This document shows positions 12,470 to 21,952 of a stretch of DNA of 64,000 bases, one piece after another. The translations under genes were made by a program, and so were the position numbers. The DNA comes from an uncultured delta proteobacterium. GTDB lineage: Bacteria; Myxococcota_A; Polyangia; Polyangiales; JAFGIB01. The first letter of the stretch is position 1. Each line of letters opens with the position of its first letter. The stretch lies in contig CAVZVA010000003.1 in assembly GCA_963778655.1 (NCBI GenBank), positions 96,001 to 160,000 of the forward strand. The letters run 5' to 3'. The notes under the pieces were generated by a model. That model was not told the origin of the DNA. It saw nothing but the letters and a program-made list of their open reading frames with translations, and made no database searches.

Positions 12470-12988
12470 ATGACGATCTCGTTCTACGACATTTCGGTAC
12501 CGGTCTATCGGCAGTTCCTACAGGCCCTGCGGGGCGTTCTCGACAAGGGCGAGAAGCACTGCACGGAAAAGGGCATCGAGCCGGCGTCAGTGCTGGCCAC
12601 GCGCCTGATCGAAGACATGCAGCCGCTCACGTTCCAGATCATGCAGGCAATCAGTCACTCGGCTGGCGCGCTGGCGACGATCCGCGGCCAACAGCGCCCG
12701 CGCGCTTCGGGCCTCGACTCGTTTGCCGGCTGCAAGCAGGCGGTCGAGCAGGCGCTAGCCGACCTCGACGCGATCCAACCGGCCGATCTCGAGAACGTCG
12801 CGTCGAGCAACGTCGAGCTGAAGTTCCCGGGCCGCGAGCTGAAGTTCACGGCGCAGGGGTACCTGCTGAGCTACGCGATACCGCAGTTCTTCTTTCACGT
12901 CACGACCGCCTACGACATCTTGCGCCACGAGGGCGTACCGATCGGCAAGCGCGACTTTCTGGGACGGGTTCAGCTCAGGGACGCCTGA
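12470..12988 (+). CDS. DUF1993 family (DinB-like) protein
   Basis: RLIEDMQPLTFQI and PQFFFHVTTAYDILRHEGVPIGKRDFLG motifs; GGAGA RBS. Confidence 0.9.
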   Translation: MTISFYDISVPVYRQFLQALRGVLDKGEKHCTEKGIEPASVLATRLIEDMQPLTFQIMQAISHSAGALATIRGQQRPRASGLDSFAGCKQAVEQALADLDAIQPADLENVASSNVELKFPGRELKFTAQGYLLSYAIPQFFFHVTTAYDILRHEGVPIGKRDFLGRVQLRDA

Positions 12989-13202
12989 GGCAACGCGCGT
13001 TGACGATCGAGAGCACCGAACAGTTTGAAACGTATGGGGACGCATTTCCGCAAGCTGCGCCGAGCGTTGTATGGCGGCGGGGGTGGCGAACGGCGGAAAT
13101 CCCACTATGCCTGCTCTCGACGCCAAGCGAGCCGAAGCGGTCCGGCCGCTGCACAGAGCGAACCCGCGGAGGCGACGAGCAAGAAGGCGCCTAAATGGCC
13201 GA

Positions 13203-14183
13203 TCACGATTCGGGAACGGCCATGCTAGGGTTCGAGTAAGCTACCCCATCCCGCCGGACAGCAGTGAGCACGTGCGCGATGGGTAAGCCGTCGGTGGGAT
13301 CGGCGCACTCGATGAGCTTGGTCAGGGTAAGCTCGCCGGGCAGCGGGAGACTTCTTGCGGGGTGCGCGATCGGACGCAGCGACTGGCAAGTCATCGCCAG
13401 CTCGCGGCCAATCAGCTGCAGGGTGCGCTCGCAGTCGGACAAGGCCGCCTCGCACGCCGGCCGAGCGCGATGACCGGCGGGGCAGTAGACCGAGATGAAG
13501 CGCTCCGCGGTCGTCAAGTAGGACGCCAGGTAGCCGCGGTATTGGCGATCGTGAGCGAAGCTCGCGTCCAGCAGATCCGTCAGGCCGTGGAGAAGGGCGC
13601 TCGCTTCCGCATATCGAGCTTGGAGCAGTTGCCGGTAGAGCTCGCGCGCCTGCTGCCAATATGGCTGGGAGCGACGGAACTTGTCCGCGCGTTTGCCGCG
13701 CGGGTGGTGCAAGACCAGGATCAGCTTTCCACCGCCGACCAGCACCCGCGCAAAAGCCCGAAGCGCGTCGGCCCGCATCTGATCGCTCAAGTAGCCGAAG
13801 ACATAGCTGCACACTACGCGGTCCTGCGAGGCGCTGGGCATCTTCGCCAGCGGCGACAGACCGGGCCCGATCGCGATCTCGATCGGATAGCGTGCGAGCA
13901 ATGGATCGGCGGGATCGTGTTGCAGCGACTCCGAGACGCCCGTCAGTGTGACGCGGCGCATCAACTCGTCTTCGAGCGAGCGGTACAGGCCCATGCTGCC
14001 GATCCCGAAATCGAGCACGCGCAGCACTCCGGGACGCTCGCTCAAGCAGTCCCGCACCGCATCCTTGACGCAAAGCTGCTTCGGCTCCTGCCAGCTGCAA
14101 AAGTCGGGGCGGCCCTGGAAGATGCGGCGCCAGTACTCCTGGGACCTGATCTGATTCTGGCCGGCAGCGGGCGGTGTGTTCAT
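13203..14183 (-). CDS. Class I SAM-dependent methyltransferase-like protein, directly downstream of precursor P2
   Basis: VLDFGIGSMG (motif I-like), DRVVCSYVFGYL and ARVLVGGGKLIL; AAGGA upstream. Confidence 0.7.
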   Translation of the reverse strand: MNTPPAAGQNQIRSQEYWRRIFQGRPDFCSWQEPKQLCVKDAVRDCLSERPGVLRVLDFGIGSMGLYRSLEDELMRRVTLTGVSESLQHDPADPLLARYPIEIAIGPGLSPLAKMPSASQDRVVCSYVFGYLSDQMRADALRAFARVLVGGGKLILVLHHPRGKRADKFRRSQPYWQQARELYRQLLQARYAEASALLHGLTDLLDASFAHDRQYRGYLASYLTTAERFISVYCPAGHRARPACEAALSDCERTLQLIGRELAMTCQSLRPIAHPARSLPLPGELTLTKLIECADPTDGLPIAHVLTAVRRDGVAYSNPSMAVPES

Positions 14184-14328
14184 GCCTTTGTCCTTGGGGC
14201 GATGTGCGTTGCGGGCGTCGTGGGAAGACGGCGCAGCCCGAGCAGTCGCATGCAACGGGCTGCGCCGTGGCTAGATCGGCCTGAGCCGGCCGGACAGCGC
14301 TGCGGACGCAGGGCCGAGCTGCGACGAT

Positions 14329-14523
14329 TCAGTAGGCCTCGACGTCCTCTTCGGGCTGATACGGCGTCCCCGACCAGCTCACGCTGGGGGCAGGCGCCTT
14401 CACGATCAGCTTCGGCCGCACGGTCACCCCGCCCGTAATCTGCTCGAGCTGCGCCTCGCTCAGCTCCCCTTCGAGCGCAGCCTCCGCCTCCTCGCTAGCG
14501 TCCTTGATCTTGTTCTTGTTCAT
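14329..14523 (-). CDS. Double-glycine-leader RiPP precursor (P2), 64 aa
   Basis: MNKNKIKDASEEAEAALEGELSEAQLEQITGG | VTVRPKLIVKAPAPSVSWSGTPYQPEEDVEAY; AGGAG 7 nt before ATG 14523. It is the C-terminal part of a longer track ORF. Confidence 0.82.
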   Translation of the reverse strand: MNKNKIKDASEEAEAALEGELSEAQLEQITGGVTVRPKLIVKAPAPSVSWSGTPYQPEEDVEAY

Positions 14524-14762
14524 ACAGATCTCCTGTGTGGCGCAGGCAGCCACCCCGTGTGGCCGCTGCAACTGCCGCTCACCGGTCAGACGTAAAACCG
14601 CAGCCGGATCCGGACACGGGCGGGGAAGAAAGGCTGGCCGACACACGAAGCGGCCCCGCAAATGCCGGGGCCTGCGCATGCGGATCGAGCACAAACCGGT
14701 GCTGACGGGAGGCCTCGGCGATGGCAGACTGGGCCTGGCCTTCGCCCGCTTGAGCCGCAACC

Positions 14763-15341
14763 ATGAGCGAGTCACCCGAAAAGACGCGCCTTTCCGAATT
14801 GCTCGGCCTGGCGAACAGCGGCGCGCCGGGCGCGCTCGCACAGGTTTTCGACGAGGCCTACCCGGAGCTGTGCACACTGGCGCGCGCGCGCCTGCGGAGC
14901 CGCGGGCAGATCGGGGGCGGAGAGCTCGCCACCACCGCGCTCGTCCACGAGGCGTTTCTGCGCTTTGCCCAAGGCGGCAAAGTGCAAGCGGAGCACCGCG
15001 GGCACTTCTTCAGGTACGCCGGGCGCGTGATGCGTTCAGTGATCGTAGACACCGCGCGCGAGCGCCTGGCCCAACGGCGTGGCGGCGGCGCCCCGCACTC
15101 CGCGCTGACCACGCAAGTGCAGGCGAGCGGATTGGGCGGCGAAGAGGAGATCCTGAACGTCCACGAAGCGCTGGACAGCTTGGCGGATTGCGATCCCCGC
15201 CTGATCGACGTGGTGCAGATGCGCTACTTCGGCGGCATGACGGACGCCGAGATCGCACAAGCGCTCGGCGTCACCGACCGCACCGTGCGCCGCGACTGGG
15301 AGAAAGCCCGGCTGCTCCTGCTGGAAGCGCTCGGCGCGTAG
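14763..15341 (+). CDS. ECF sigma factor, Ser/Thr-kinase-associated type (TIGR02999/ECF43-like)
   Basis: ATTALVHEAFLRF, HFFRYAGRVMRSVIVD and MRYFGGMTDAEIA...TVRRDWEKAR. Confidence 0.92.
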   Translation: MSESPEKTRLSELLGLANSGAPGALAQVFDEAYPELCTLARARLRSRGQIGGGELATTALVHEAFLRFAQGGKVQAEHRGHFFRYAGRVMRSVIVDTARERLAQRRGGGAPHSALTTQVQASGLGGEEEILNVHEALDSLADCDPRLIDVVQMRYFGGMTDAEIAQALGVTDRTVRRDWEKARLLLLEALGA

Positions 15342-15399
15342 CGGCGGGTTGCTGCCCGCCTTCAAGGAGCGCAACGCCGCGAGCGGCGTCGAGGGCGCG

Positions 15400-15422
15400 C
15401 CGTGATTGCGTGGAAATCACGG
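15400..15422. terminator. Hairpin between convergent ECF and kinase genes
   Basis: CCGTGATT-gcgtgga-AATCACGG, 8-bp stem. Confidence 0.35.
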
Positions 15423-15432
15423 TTCCAGGGGA

Positions 15433-16521
15433 CTAGACGCGCTCGACCTCGGCTGCGAAAGCGCGCGCGGAAGGGTAGCGCTGGTCAGGTCGCTTGTTCA
15501 GAGCCCGCAGGACCAGCGCGTCGAGCTGGCCCTGCAGGCACGCCTGCAGCGTTCGATCCGGCACGGCGGCGCTCGGCGGTGGAGGCACGGTTTCGAGGAT
15601 CGCCTCGCGCAACGCGCGGTTGGAGCCATGGCGGTAGCGATAGGGACTGACTCCGCAGAGCAGCTCGTACAGGATGACCCCGAGCGAGTAGATGTCGGAG
15701 GCGAAACCGACGGGCTCGCCCAACACCTGCTCGGGCGATGCGTAGGCCGGCGTGAGCGGGCGCCCCGTCGCCACCGAAAGCTGAAGCGCTGGCGGAATGC
15801 CATCGGTCAGCAGCCGTCCGACGCCGAAGTCGAGCAGGCGCAGCGTGCCTTCCGCGGTGACCATCACGTTGGCCGGCTTCAGATCGCGGTGCACGATCTG
15901 GCGATCATGCGCGTGCGCGACCGCGCTCGCGAGCTGGGAGAACAGCTGCAGCCGCGCCCGTAGCGGCAGCCGCAGCGCGCTGCAGTGCGCGTCGAGGACC
16001 CGACCCGCGATGTACTCGAGCACGAGGTACGGTTGCCCCTCGGGGGTCACTCCCGCGTCGTACAAGCGCGCGATGTTGGGATGGTCGAGCGCGGCCAGCA
16101 GCTGCCGCTCGCGGCTCAGACGGGCCAACAGATCCTCGCGTCGTGGCGCCATGTGCGCGAACTTCAGCGCGACCTGAAACGACGCGCCCCGCTCCGGCCG
16201 GGCCGCAAGCCAGACCACGCCCATGGCCCCGACGCCCAGGCGCCGCGTCAGCCGATACGGTCCTATCTGCGTGCCGGGAGCGTGCCCCGAGTCGTCGAAA
16301 CGCAGCACCTTGGGCGCGGGCGAGGTTTCCAGCTTGGGTAGCGTGTCGAGCATGTGCTGCGCCCGGGACCCGCCGGCGCGCGCGAGCAGCGCGCGAAGCC
16401 GCGGCTTGAGCGGGTCCACCTCACGTCCGAGCGCTTCCACCCAGGCCGCGCGCCGCTCCGCCGGTAGCGCCAGCATGGCGTCGAGAAGTCGGCTGAGGGT
16501 GATCGCCTGCTTCGAGCCCAT
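15433..16521 (-). CDS. Hanks-type Ser/Thr protein kinase, kinase domain only
   Basis: GVGAMG, VALK, HRDLKPAN, DFG and YASPEQ; ends immediately after the kinase domain. Confidence 0.92.
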   Translation of the reverse strand: MGSKQAITLSRLLDAMLALPAERRAAWVEALGREVDPLKPRLRALLARAGGSRAQHMLDTLPKLETSPAPKVLRFDDSGHAPGTQIGPYRLTRRLGVGAMGVVWLAARPERGASFQVALKFAHMAPRREDLLARLSRERQLLAALDHPNIARLYDAGVTPEGQPYLVLEYIAGRVLDAHCSALRLPLRARLQLFSQLASAVAHAHDRQIVHRDLKPANVMVTAEGTLRLLDFGVGRLLTDGIPPALQLSVATGRPLTPAYASPEQVLGEPVGFASDIYSLGVILYELLCGVSPYRYRHGSNRALREAILETVPPPPSAAVPDRTLQACLQGQLDALVLRALNKRPDQRYPSARAFAAEVERV

Positions 16522-16744
16522 TGCTGCTCCGCCCGCGGCCGCCCAAGGGCCGTTCGTCTTGCGAAACGGGCACGCTCGGGGCGATGGCCAAAGGGCTAGC
16601 GCGGCACCGCGCGGATAGCAAGCCAGGCGGTCTCGCGCCTGGCGCACGCGGCCGCTTTCGGGCCCCTTGCCCATTCCACCGCGGACGTCGTGCCGGCTAG
16701 AGTGCGGGGGTGAACGGACGGGACAGCGCTCACGGGGGCCCCCG

Positions 16745-18862
16745 ATGAAGACCGCGCTGCTCTACCCGCCGTTCATGGACCCGCGTGCACCTCAGCTCGC
16801 CCTGCCCTCGCTCGCGGCGTTTCTGCGCAAGAACGGCGTCGGCGTGACGATGCAAGATCTCGCGCTCGAGGCCGTGCTCTTCATGACCGAGCCCGAGTCG
16901 CTCGAACGCTGCCAGCGCGCGCTGGCCGGCAAAGCAGACGGCTCGGAAGCGGCGCGCGCGCTGTATGCGCCCTTCGAACGCGCGCGAGAGCTGGCGCCGT
17001 GGGCGTTGTCACGGCTGCGCGATCCCGAGGCGTTCTTCGACGCTCGAGACCTCAATGCGTCACGAGACATCCTGAGCTGCATCGTGCGCGCACACGCCGT
17101 GGCGATCGACGAACGGATCTGCTGCGACTTGCACCCGATCGTGTACGAGGTTCAAGGCGTCGCCGCCAGCCGCTTCCGCGACCTGCTGCAGATCACCGGC
17201 GAGCCTCGGCTCGACCCCTTCCACGTCTACTATGCCGAGCGAGTCGCGCCCGCGCTCGCGGCGCAGGCCCCCGATGCGGTCGGGATTTCGCTCACGAACT
17301 ATCAACAATGGTTGCCCGGCCTATCGCTCGCACGCCTGCTCAAGGCACGGGGTTTCTTCGTCGTGCTCGGCGGAGCCCTGATCTCGAAGTTCGTCGACGC
17401 GCTGGCGCGCCTACCCGATTTCTTCCGCGTCTTCGCCGACGCCGTGGTCGCCTACGAGGGTGAGACGGCGTTGCTGGCGCTCCTGGCCGAGCTGCAGGGC
17501 AAGCGCCGCTTCGACAAGGTGCCCAATCTAGTCTTCTTCGATCGCCACTTCGTGCGGACCACCGCGACGCGCGTCGAGGACGTCAACGCGCTGCCGACTC
17601 CCGATTTCGACGGGCTTCCGCTCGCTCGCTACCTCACTCCGGCGCCGGTGTTCCCGATCCTCGCGGGCAAGGGGTGTTACTTCAATCGCTGCAAGTTCTG
17701 CGAGATCCCTTTCATCAATCACGTGTCGGCCAAACCCTACCGGATCCGGCTGCCTGAGTTGATCGTCGAGGACGTCCGCAGCCTGGCGCGCAAGCACGGC
17801 GCGCAGCACTTCGTCATCACCGACGAAGCGCTGTCACCCAAGTTACTGCTGAAGCTCGCCGAGGCCTTTCGTCCCTTCGCGGCCGAGCCGCGCCACTTCA
17901 CCGGCTACGCGCGGCTCGAAGACGGCTTCAGTCGGGAGGTATTCGATGTGATCGCCGAGATGGGCGTGCGCAAGCTGTTCTTCGGCATGGAGTCCGCCTC
18001 GCAGGCGATGATCGACCACATGGACAAGGGGACCCGCGCCGCCTCCACGGCCACCATCCTGCGCGCCTGCCGCGACGCCGGGATCCGCTTTCACCTGTTT
18101 TCGATCATCGGCTTTCCCGAAGAGACCGAGACGATGGCGCGGCAGACCTACCAGTTCCTGCTCGACCACCGGCATGTGCTGGACGTTCCGGGCAATTCGT
18201 TCGGCATCCGCCGCTTCCACCTCGAGCTGCGCACGGAATACTTCGCGAAGCGCGAGGCGTTCGGGATCCGCGTCGCCGAAGGCGCCCTCGAGCCCGAGTT
18301 CCTGGTCGGGCTCGATCCGGATCAATGGCACAACACGCGCGGACTGCGCGCCGCCGAGGTCGAACGGCTGCTGCGCGATGAGCTCAACCCGGGGTTGATC
18401 TGCACCTTCAAGCGCCTCTACGGCAGCCGCGTTCAGGTGTGGCCCCACAGCGAGGAGCACGCCGTGCTCTACTGCAGCCACTACCCTGCCAGCCAGGCGT
18501 TTCCCTTTCAGGCGGCGTTGCCGGAGCTCGAGGACGGCGCACGGGTCACGATCCGGGTCAACCCCGCGGCTGCGAGCCGGACCGAGGACGAGCTGGTCTC
18601 GCTCGCGCTTCGCCCGGGCAGCGTGGTCTTTCCGCGAGCGATTCTCGAGACGGTGGTCGCCTCCGAGCCACGCAGCGCGCGGCGATTGGTCGATCAGCTC
18701 GCGGAGTCGGAAGCCGACCCGGGCGACGTGGTACGGGGCCTGAACGCGTTGATCGGTGCCGGCTATCTCCAGCTCCAGACCCACCCCGCGCTCGAGCCCG
18801 AGGCCCTTGCGGGCGCGCTTGCAGGCGGCAGGAGGGCACTTCTCAAACGGCCTGGCTCTTGA
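16745..18862 (+). CDS. Cobalamin-dependent radical SAM enzyme (class B methyltransferase-like) with a C-terminal RRE-like domain
   Basis: LLYPPF...PQLALPSLAAFL start, VGISL and VVLGG B12-domain motifs, GKGCYFNRCKFC (17675-17701), GMES, IIGFPEET; tail ends VVRGLNALIGAGYL. Confidence 0.9.
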   Translation: MKTALLYPPFMDPRAPQLALPSLAAFLRKNGVGVTMQDLALEAVLFMTEPESLERCQRALAGKADGSEAARALYAPFERARELAPWALSRLRDPEAFFDARDLNASRDILSCIVRAHAVAIDERICCDLHPIVYEVQGVAASRFRDLLQITGEPRLDPFHVYYAERVAPALAAQAPDAVGISLTNYQQWLPGLSLARLLKARGFFVVLGGALISKFVDALARLPDFFRVFADAVVAYEGETALLALLAELQGKRRFDKVPNLVFFDRHFVRTTATRVEDVNALPTPDFDGLPLARYLTPAPVFPILAGKGCYFNRCKFCEIPFINHVSAKPYRIRLPELIVEDVRSLARKHGAQHFVITDEALSPKLLLKLAEAFRPFAAEPRHFTGYARLEDGFSREVFDVIAEMGVRKLFFGMESASQAMIDHMDKGTRAASTATILRACRDAGIRFHLFSIIGFPEETETMARQTYQFLLDHRHVLDVPGNSFGIRRFHLELRTEYFAKREAFGIRVAEGALEPEFLVGLDPDQWHNTRGLRAAEVERLLRDELNPGLICTFKRLYGSRVQVWPHSEEHAVLYCSHYPASQAFPFQAALPELEDGARVTIRVNPAAASRTEDELVSLALRPGSVVFPRAILETVVASEPRSARRLVDQLAESEADPGDVVRGLNALIGAGYLQLQTHPALEPEALAGALAGGRRALLKRPGS

Positions 18863-18960
18863 TAGGGAGTTACACTGGTTTCCTTCTTCTATTTGCTGCT
18901 CGCGATCGGTGTGCGCGAGCGCTCAGCAGTCGAACCCGAGCCCGCCCTTGGCAACCTAGC

Positions 18961-20703
18961 GTGCGTCTCACGACCTTCGTGCTCGTTGCTCGCCTGCCGC
19001 TCGCGGGCCTGTTTGTTTCGTGTGCGATCGCGAGCGGCGTGCGCGCGCAGGCGCGACCGCTGACGGCACCACCGCCCGGGGCGCCCGCCCCTGCGCCGGC
19101 CCCCGCCCCTGCGGCAGCGCCCACGCCGCCCGGCGCGACCAGCGCGCCCGCGGCTTCGGCTCAGCCGGCGCCGGCTGCCCCGGCCGCCGTTTCCGCGGCG
19201 CCCGCGCGCGCGCCTGCAACCCCGCCCGGACCGGCCCTGCGCCTGCGTGAGGCCGTCAGCAGCACGCTGCGCCGGCACCCCGCAATCGCGCTTTCGCGCA
19301 CTGAGCTGGCCGCGCGTAGCGCCGATGTGCTCGCCGAGCGGGCGCCCTTCGACCCGGTGCTCAACACCGCGCTCAGTCAAAACCGCGACGCGAGCTACCT
19401 CTTGCCTGCAGAGCGCGCGGCGGCCGGGGAGCGCGCGCTCAATACCGACACCACGAGCTGGAGCGTTGGCGCCACGGCCGGCTTTCAGTGGGGCATGAGC
19501 GTGGCACCCACGGTCACCCTCGAGCGGATCAACCCGCGCCGCGTTCCCAATCCCGCGGGCCTGCCCAGCGGTCTCGCGCAACGGGCGCAGGTCGATCTGC
19601 AGGTCGTGCAGCCGTTGCTGCGCGGGCGCGGCACCGTCGGCGCCGCCAGCGGGTTGCGCGCGGCCGAGCGCGCGCGCGCGGCCGCAGAGCACAACGCGGC
19701 CCATACCGCGCAGGCCCAGGTGTTCGACACCATCGTGGCCTACTACCGATTCGTCGCCGCCAACCGGAACCTCGCGCGGTTGCAGGAGTCGGTGGCGCGC
19801 GCGCAGAAGCTGTTCGAAGAGACGCGGCTCTTGGTCGAGGCCGAGCACCGCACGCGCGCAGACTTACGCCAGGTGGAAGCGAGCCTGCAGAACCAGACCA
19901 GCGGCCTGCTGGCTGCCGAGGACGACCTCATGCAGGCGCGATACGAGCTGGCGCTCGCTATGGGTCTCGATGGACGCGACGTGCCGCAATGGGAGCCGGC
20001 CGACGATTTCCCGGCCGCGCACGTGCCCCAGCTCGGCTTCGACCTGGCGGTGGACCAGGCCCTGCACGCGCGCCGCGACCTGCGCGCGGCCGACGAGACG
20101 CTGGCTTCGACCTCGGCGCTGCTCGCGGGCGCCGAGCGCAATGCCCTGCCCGAGCTCGACCTCGGCGTGTCGGTGGGCTACGCGGGCGCGCTCGACAGCG
20201 ACGGCGTGGGACCGTTCTTCGCCGCCGCCGGGCGCAACGTGCCGGGAGTCAACGCCGGCGCCTCGCTGACGCTCCAGCTGCCGATCAACAATGACGCGGC
20301 GCGAGCGACGCGCGATCTACGCCGTGCGGACCAGCAGAGCGCGCAGATCCAGCGTGCGGACCTCGACCGGCAGGTGCGCACCGGGGTGCTGAGCGCGCTC
20401 AGCGACGTGCGCCTCTCGGCCGCGGCGCTCGCGGCCGCCGAACGCGCGGTCGGCTTGCTGACGCAGGCCGTGACCGACGAGCGCGACAAGCTGCACGAGG
20501 GGCTGTCCACGATCATCGACGTGGTGCTGACCGAGGAGCGCCTGACGCAAGCCGAGCTGGCGCGCACCGCGCAGCGCCTGCGCTACGCGACCGCGCTCGC
20601 GCGCCTGCAATTCGAGAGCGGCGCGCTGCCCGAAAGCGAAAGCGCGGTCGCGCCGACCGCGGAGGCATTGCTCAACCCCGAGGAGAGCCATGCCGGAAGG
20701 TAG
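18961..20703 (+). CDS. TolC family outer-membrane efflux protein
   Basis: Signal peptide from GTG 18961, Pro/Ala linker, QPLLRG and LPELDL motifs, coiled-coil OEP repeats; overlaps the HlyD start. Confidence 0.88.
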   Translation: MRLTTFVLVARLPLAGLFVSCAIASGVRAQARPLTAPPPGAPAPAPAPAPAAAPTPPGATSAPAASAQPAPAAPAAVSAAPARAPATPPGPALRLREAVSSTLRRHPAIALSRTELAARSADVLAERAPFDPVLNTALSQNRDASYLLPAERAAAGERALNTDTTSWSVGATAGFQWGMSVAPTVTLERINPRRVPNPAGLPSGLAQRAQVDLQVVQPLLRGRGTVGAASGLRAAERARAAAEHNAAHTAQAQVFDTIVAYYRFVAANRNLARLQESVARAQKLFEETRLLVEAEHRTRADLRQVEASLQNQTSGLLAAEDDLMQARYELALAMGLDGRDVPQWEPADDFPAAHVPQLGFDLAVDQALHARRDLRAADETLASTSALLAGAERNALPELDLGVSVGYAGALDSDGVGPFFAAAGRNVPGVNAGASLTLQLPINNDAARATRDLRRADQQSAQIQRADLDRQVRTGVLSALSDVRLSAAALAAAERAVGLLTQAVTDERDKLHEGLSTIIDVVLTEERLTQAELARTAQRLRYATALARLQFESGALPESESAVAPTAEALLNPEESHAGR

Positions 20704-21949
20704 CATCTTCCGCCAGGCCGCCCTCGATCGGTTGGCCTCCCCCGAGCAGCTGCACACGCTGATGAAGGTCACCGACGTCAAGGGCTGGCTCGCGCTGCTC
20801 GGCTGCGGCGTCCTGCTGGCGAGCGCGCTGATCTGGGGCGTGCTCGGCAGCGTGCCGACCAAGGTCGAGGCCAGCGGCATCCTGATCCACAGGGCGGGTC
20901 TGGCTGACGTGGTGGGCCTGGGCGCTGGGCAGGTCACCTCGATCGAGGTCGACGTCGGTGACTTCGTGCGCAAGGGCCAGGTGATCGCGCACCTGGCACA
21001 GCCCGAGCTCAAGGAGCAGATCGCAGGGCTCAACGCACAGCTGCGGGAGCTCCAGCTCGGCTACGAGAAGAGCAAGCAGCTCGAAGGCCAGGATACCCGC
21101 CTACGCGCCGCGGCCTCGGCGCAGCAGCAAACCACGCTGCAAGCGACCATCGCCTCGACCCAGCAGCGCAAGCGCGAGCTCGAAGAGCGGCTCGAGGCCC
21201 AGAAGCGCCTCTACGAGAAGGGCCTGGTGACCAAAGAGGCGCTGCAGACCACCCAGGACGCGCTGCGCTCCGCGGAGTCTTCCATGCACGGGATGCGCGC
21301 GGACATCGAGCAGGTCGCGGTCGGTCGGCTGTCGGCGGCGCGGGCGAACGACACCGAGCTGCGCCAGGCCGAGCTCCAGATCAAGGAGACCGAACGCCAG
21401 ATTCGCCTGCTCGAGCAGCGTCTCGACCAAAGCTCGCAGGTGACGAGCACCTACGACGGACGCGTGGTCGAAGTGCGCGCGATGGTCGGCGACGTGCTCG
21501 GCCCCGGACAACCGATCGTGAGCCTGGAGCGCACGGCCGAGGCCGGCGGGCTCGAGGCGCTGCTGTACATCGATTCGCGTCAGGGCAAGCTGCTCAAGCC
21601 CGGGATGCGCGTCGAGATCTCGCCCTCGGTCGCGCGACGCGAGCGTTACGGCGTGCTGCTGGGTCAGGTGCGGACGGTCGAGCAGTTTCCCTCCACGCGC
21701 CGTGGCATGATGCGGGTGCTGCACAACGAGCAGCTCGTCGACAGCTTTCTGACGGATACCCAGGGCGTGCCGATCGCGGTCCGCGCGCGGCTGCGTGTCG
21801 AGCCCAGCACGCCGAGCGGCTATCGCTGGTCCTCGCGCCACGGACCCAACCTCAAGCTGACCAGCGGGACGCGCTGCACGGCGGCGCTAACCACGGCCAC
21901 ACAGAGGCCGATTTCACTGCTGTTTCCGATTCTCGAGCGAGGCCTCTGA
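20690..21949 (+). CDS. NHLP bacteriocin system secretion protein (HlyD family)
   Basis: IFRQAALDRLASPEQL N-terminus and TPSGYRWSSRHGP...SGT...QRPISL C-terminus. Confidence 0.95.
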   Translation: MPEGSIFRQAALDRLASPEQLHTLMKVTDVKGWLALLGCGVLLASALIWGVLGSVPTKVEASGILIHRAGLADVVGLGAGQVTSIEVDVGDFVRKGQVIAHLAQPELKEQIAGLNAQLRELQLGYEKSKQLEGQDTRLRAAASAQQQTTLQATIASTQQRKRELEERLEAQKRLYEKGLVTKEALQTTQDALRSAESSMHGMRADIEQVAVGRLSAARANDTELRQAELQIKETERQIRLLEQRLDQSSQVTSTYDGRVVEVRAMVGDVLGPGQPIVSLERTAEAGGLEALLYIDSRQGKLLKPGMRVEISPSVARRERYGVLLGQVRTVEQFPSTRRGMMRVLHNEQLVDSFLTDTQGVPIAVRARLRVEPSTPSGYRWSSRHGPNLKLTSGTRCTAALTTATQRPISLLFPILERGL

Positions 21950-21952
21950 GCC

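Noticed and set aside
14524..14877. N-terminal extension of the 182-aa ORF containing P2
   Set aside because: It overlaps the ECF gene, and a clear RBS supports ATG 14523.
16681..16696. Sigma-54-like GG-N10-GC on the minus strand (CCGGCACGACGTCCGC)
   Set aside because: It lacks the TGG and TTGC consensus bases and is easily matched by chance at this GC content.
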